Position numbers and translations under genes: made by a program. The notes under the pieces are model-generated. The model was given only the letters and a program-made list of their open reading frames with translations, did no database searches and was not told the DNA's origin. Positions 60,001 through 64,000 of a DNA stretch of 64,000 nt are shown in pieces. Origin of the DNA: Caecitellus pseudoparvulus (Eukaryota > Protista > Bigyra: Bicosoecida); contig CBFFRQ010000068.1 of the NCBI GenBank assembly GCA_965644315.1, positions 496,001 to 560,000 of the forward strand, given 5' to 3'. Within the stretch, counting starts at the first letter, position 1. Each line of letters opens with the position of its first letter.

Positions 60001-60444
60001 GCAGTGCCGTCTGCATCCAAGAAGGTGACCAAGCTAAGCTTGAAGGCAAGGGGTGTGACTCCACAAGAGAAACCTGCATCAAGGAGGCAAAGTTTCGTCG
60101 TCACTGCATCCCGTCGCATTGCTAGAAAGCCGCTGCCTGCGTTGGAGGCAGTTTCAGGCGACGCCGAGGCAAAGGCATGGGGCGTCAACCCACTCCATGG
60201 CTCCAGCAAGTCTCTGCTTATACCGCGCAATAATACGACACGAAAGTCTCCACCTAAGGGCAGGGTTTCTGAGGTCGATCTTCCTGGATCCGCTCGAGCA
60301 AGGCGGCGAAGCTCGACGAACCCACTCCGGTCACACGCTCGGGATCGAGGGAAAGATACAGTTGCATTTGCCCCCGCAAGGGCGGCGAAGCGTTCTGGTT
60401 CTGTTCTCCGAAATGACCGCGGGAAAGATGCTTTACAAGGCTGA
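54084..60444 (+). CDS. Giant cell-surface protein: signal peptide, Cys-rich TNFR/ephrin-receptor-like repeats, mucin-like stalk, beta-rich ectodomain, multi-pass TM C-terminus; introns 54240-54472, 54578-54661, 54711-54787
   Basis: Exon 1 ends LYVFATVVTLLTLWMTAEA. Many CxxCxxGxY repeats, (TPSV)n, CAEGYAGPLCAVC, then TM region with LYAGYR...YLWEGVVLARK...VRPF...NSLE. Confidence 0.88.
55700..55995 (+). repeat. Coding Thr/Ser/Pro tetrapeptide repeat (TPSV/TPTV), mucin-like stalk
   Basis: About 25 degenerate 12-bp units. Confidence 0.8.
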
Positions 60445-60747
60445 AGATGCTGCATTTTGTTTGCATGTTGTTGAATGTACTATCTTGCTTCTCGTCCGGA
60501 GCCCAGCCGCAAGGCCTCCACACAACGATTCAGGAGAAGCGAAAGCACAAACGCAGGCACCACAAAAAAGAAGTCCACACTCCCCAATTCGATTACTTTT
60601 GCTCAGCTGCATTCGTGCATGGCCCGTTTGGCGTTCGCACGAGCGGCGCACTGGACGTGGCCCGGCCCGACGAAGCGGAAATTGGTTTCCTTGCACATCT
60701 TTCCCATCGCTTCCCTGTGCCACTGACTTTGATTCACTGAAAAGGAT

Positions 60748-61514
60748 ATGCCTCAGCTGGGAATCTCGCACTATCTCCACAGACTGAGGCTAGTGCGTAA
60801 GCAATAATCGCACCTTGAGCGGTACGCCAAGGTGCCAAGCACTGGCTCACAAGCTCCCGCATTCCCTGGCCCATGCAGGAATTCAAGGATTTGCTGACAG
60901 CGGTGTTAGGCGACGGGTTGGTGCGACTTGATAGTGTCTCTGGTTTCGAGGCCTTGCCTGGTGCCGGGTTCCGCCTTCGCGTGACTTTCATGGGGGTGAG
61001 CCGCTTTCAGCAAAGGGAGTGGCCTGCAAGGGTGGACATTTCACGCAGCTTTCCCTTCGAGCCGCCCGTTGTGCGGCTGCTGTGCAGGGTGCGGCACCCC
61101 GCTTGGAATCGGAATGGCACCTTGATGTGCGAGCCCGAGCGTTTCTCGAATTGGCGCCCAGGATTCAAAGTGTCAACTCGCCTGCTGCAAGTTCTGGTGA
61201 GTCAAGCTTGAGTTCGCGGAATCCGCTCCTTTCGACCACCTCGCGTGCGACGCTGATCTCTGCAAGAGCAGATGGCCCTGAACAACCCTGAAGCTCTTGA
61301 TGGGCCTGCCCATACCTATGACCAGGAGTTGCTTAGGCTGTTCCGAGGAGAGGCGAGGTCGCGCAAGCGCGCGTGGAACCGAGTGAGGGGCTTTGCCAGG
61401 CGCCATAACCGGGCTCAAGGATGGAGTCGACGTCGGCAGATGCTGTTCCTTCGACGCGAAGCGGTCCCAGGAACCAGTATTTCACGAGAGATCCTCGTCG
61501 GGCCGGGGATTTAA
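60748..61514 (+). CDS. Divergent ubiquitin-conjugating (E2/UEV-like) protein; introns 60793-60878 and 61197-61271
   Basis: Spliced MPQLGISHYLHRLRLEFKDL, FPFEPPVVRLLCRVRHPAWNRNGTLMC, NWRPGFKVSTRLLQVLMALNNP. Confidence 0.78.
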
Positions 61515-61557
61515 TCTTTTGCCGCAAAGTGCATTGTCAAGATTCCACGCAGCTGAC

Positions 61558-63820
61558 TCACGCTTCGCGAGCACGTTTTCTGCCTCCGAGCAGCTCAGTT
61601 GCACTGGGGGCCGCCACGGCTGCTGCGTCTGATTTGGAAGCTTTCTTCGCCTTCTTGACCTTCTTTGCCTTCTTGGCTTTCTTTGCTGCCTTCTTAGAAG
61701 CCGCTTCAGCTTCCAGCATCTGTCTGGTTTGCAGCGCATCCCAGCTGCTGCGTTGGTTCTTGAAGTGCTGTACCCTCAGCAAGCGCAACACTGCGCGCCC
61801 AGATGGAACTCCACTCAAAGCACGTTCACTGTCGGCCAACTCAGAGACCATTCGTGCACGAGTGGGCAAGTCTGACCCAAGGAACGCCTTCTCAACTAGC
61901 CAGCTTCCTGCCCGGTCAGTGGCAAGCTGAGCCCACTGCCCCTTGAGATGCTTTACAACTTTTCGCCTCAAGACGGAGAGAGGTGCGTCCAATTCAGATG
62001 GTGCGTTTCCTGCAGATGAGGGTGCCAGCACTGGCTCGAGCACGTGCTTGCTGCCAGCTGGGTGCAGTGCGAGCGCTCGAATGTCGTCTGACGTCAAGCC
62101 CGCCACACCGCTGCGAAAGAGCTCCGCCGCGGATCCAGTCCAATGCAGCAGAGCTCCAACAACCCGTGCCCCATGAACTGACACGTAGTTCTCAGGCTTT
62201 TCTTCCCCACCCATTGCACCGGGCATGGCCCTGTCCACACTTGCCGAGAGCACCCCTACCCCTGACTTTGCCGCGCCAGAGCCAGCCGCTGCTTCCGAAA
62301 CGGCCTGTCCACTGCCTGGGGGAGACGAGCGCGCCCCCCCCAGATCCAGCCACCACCGAACCAGCTCAGTGTGCGAAGATGAATCTTCGTCACTCACTGC
62401 AATGTACCGTTTCGCCAGCCTGACCAGTCCAGTCGCAATAGCTGTGCGGGCTCGCGTCGCCACCCCAGGCGAGTCTCCAGCGAGGGTCAACGCAGTCGCG
62501 ACTCTCTCGTGCCCTACCTCCAAGGCCTTGTGCAGCAACGGAAGCACGTCGACGAGGACGCCACTCTCAAGGGCGGAGCCTGCGTGTGCAGAGGCAGCGA
62601 TCATGTCCGCTGCAGCATGATGGGCAATCCTGTGCGAGAGAATGCCCCCCCAGCGCGATTCGGCGACATCTTCCAGCAGCCAAGGTACAACCAACCGAGG
62701 CGCGGCTGCCATGGAAGCTTGAAGCAGCCTGCACCCGACTTCGTCCTTCATCAACTCAAGCATGCGCTCCTCAGCCGTGTCCCCGAATCGGCTCTCTTCT
62801 GCACTAGCTTCAGCCGGCTCATCCACGCCCTCAACCTCATCATGCTTACGAGTGAGGATCGCGTTCACAGCAAGAGGCAGCAGGTCTCCTTCCAGCGTGA
62901 CATCAAGCTGCGAACTGTTGGAGATAAGCTTGGAGCTGGAGGTCGCAGCTGCTGCCGGGTGCGACAGACGCACGCCAACGTCACTTGCGGCAGCTGCTTG
63001 CACGATGAGCTGCAGCACGGGACCAGCGTTAGAGTCGCATGCAGCAGAGCAGATGTCTTCGGCACTCCATGAGGCCACGTGTCGAATCCAGCCTTCCAAG
63101 TGCTGGCGTGTCTCGCTGCTCCCGGCAAAGCCAGGCGCCTCGCATGCGACCCCTGCAGCCTGCAATTCGCGCATCTCTGCAGCGGAGGACGCAAACGCTG
63201 CTTGGGCACGGGACTTCTTTTTCTTCTTCTTGTGCGCCCTGGCCCCTTCGAAACCGTTGCGGCGCTGCGCCGGAGGCTTCAAGCCGCCGAGAGCAGCCAC
63301 CAAGCTCCGTGCTACGTGCGTTGCGCATGTGTCGAATGCAAAGTCCTGCAAGGCTGCAGTGAGAGAGTCTGAGAGCTTGTAAATGCTTTTCCTGGCTGTG
63401 GCACTCGCGTCCTCCTCGTCTGACTCGCCACCACCCTCAGCCGCAGACCCCAGCCGTGACAGGCAGGTCTGCAGAACATGCGAGCCAAAGCGATCACAGC
63501 TCACAAACGGCAGGTAATCAGCTAAGGAAGCTGCAAATGTCGCGACAGACAGGATCGGCGCCTGAGATAGCACGTTCTCCACCAGGTAGCTGCACTTCTT
63601 GCTTGTGGCAGCACTGGCCTCCCTTCCCAACAGCTCCTCCAGCACACGGCGTGTCAAGATGTGCCGCTGCTCTGCATCCGCATCTCGCAAGGGCAGTTCC
63701 AGCTGCCGAAGGTACTCAACTGCAGAGTCGTCAAGCTTTCTTGGCTTCCTGTACTCGGAAAATGCGCAAGTGCAGCAAGAATACGACGGGTATACCCGCA
63801 CCTCCGCACCTGAACTCCAT
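61558..63820 (-). CDS. NOP9: Nucleolar pumilio-repeat protein NOP9; intron 63749-63809
   Basis: Spliced MEFRKPRKLDDSAVEYLRQL, CSYLVENVL, DRFGSHVLQT, DTCATHVARSL, HPAGSKHVLE, LATDRAGSWLVEKAF, and a Lys-rich tail. Confidence 0.88.
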
Positions 63821-64000
63821 GACCAATTTCCGCACAGCTGCTCAACTATACAATCAAATCGTGGGGCTCCGGGAACTCAATTCAGGAAGAAAGGTTACAG
63901 GCATTCAGCATGACAAGAAAAATCCAATTGTTGGTGCCTGTTTTAGTGGGTGTTGTCAATTTGTGTGGGCCATGGGAGTCCAGTTCGACAAGTTCCGGGT

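Noticed and set aside
1-64000. Introner-like repeated introns, transposons, CRISPR arrays, tRNA/rRNA, or genetic-code reassignment
   Set aside because: Introns share length and splice signals but no obvious internal sequence similarity by eye. No terminal repeats, transposase, spacer arrays or cloverleafs were seen. All three stop codons end genes normally.

Overview
This is gene-dense, GC-rich eukaryotic nuclear DNA with about 26 protein-coding genes in 64 kb. Most genes carry short canonical GT-AG introns (mostly 61-90 nt, donors GTGCGT/GTGAGT/GTCCGT, acceptors pyrimidine-rich ...CAG), so the ORF track is fragmented. I rebuilt the gene models by hand. CFAP43 implies a flagellum and no plastid genes are seen, so this is probably a small heterotrophic flagellate; a stramenopile is plausible but is inference only. 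Recognisable genes: a CAMK-type kinase, PAM18/DNAJC19, ethanolamine kinase, a PR-Set7-like SET protein, TACO1/YebC, PCCB, SBDS, alanine racemase, ATAD1/Msp1, SLU7, a Neverland/DAF-36-like Rieske oxygenase, an ankyrin-DHHC acyltransferase, UROD, TFIIH p34, CFAP43, PFAS, a giant Cys-rich multi-pass surface protein, a divergent E2 and NOP9. The most unusual signals are: (1) a bacterial-type alanine racemase whose first exon is exactly a secretory signal peptide; (2) a recurring (G)TGAAT motif built on stop codons that forms perfect palindromes at three convergent gene junctions; (3) a tail-to-tail pair of orphan coiled-coil genes 2 bp apart that share a 25-aa C-terminal motif; (4) an SLU7 that lacks its zinc knuckle; (5) a compositionally mosaic receptor gene. 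No rRNA, tRNA, CRISPR array or recognisable transposon was seen.
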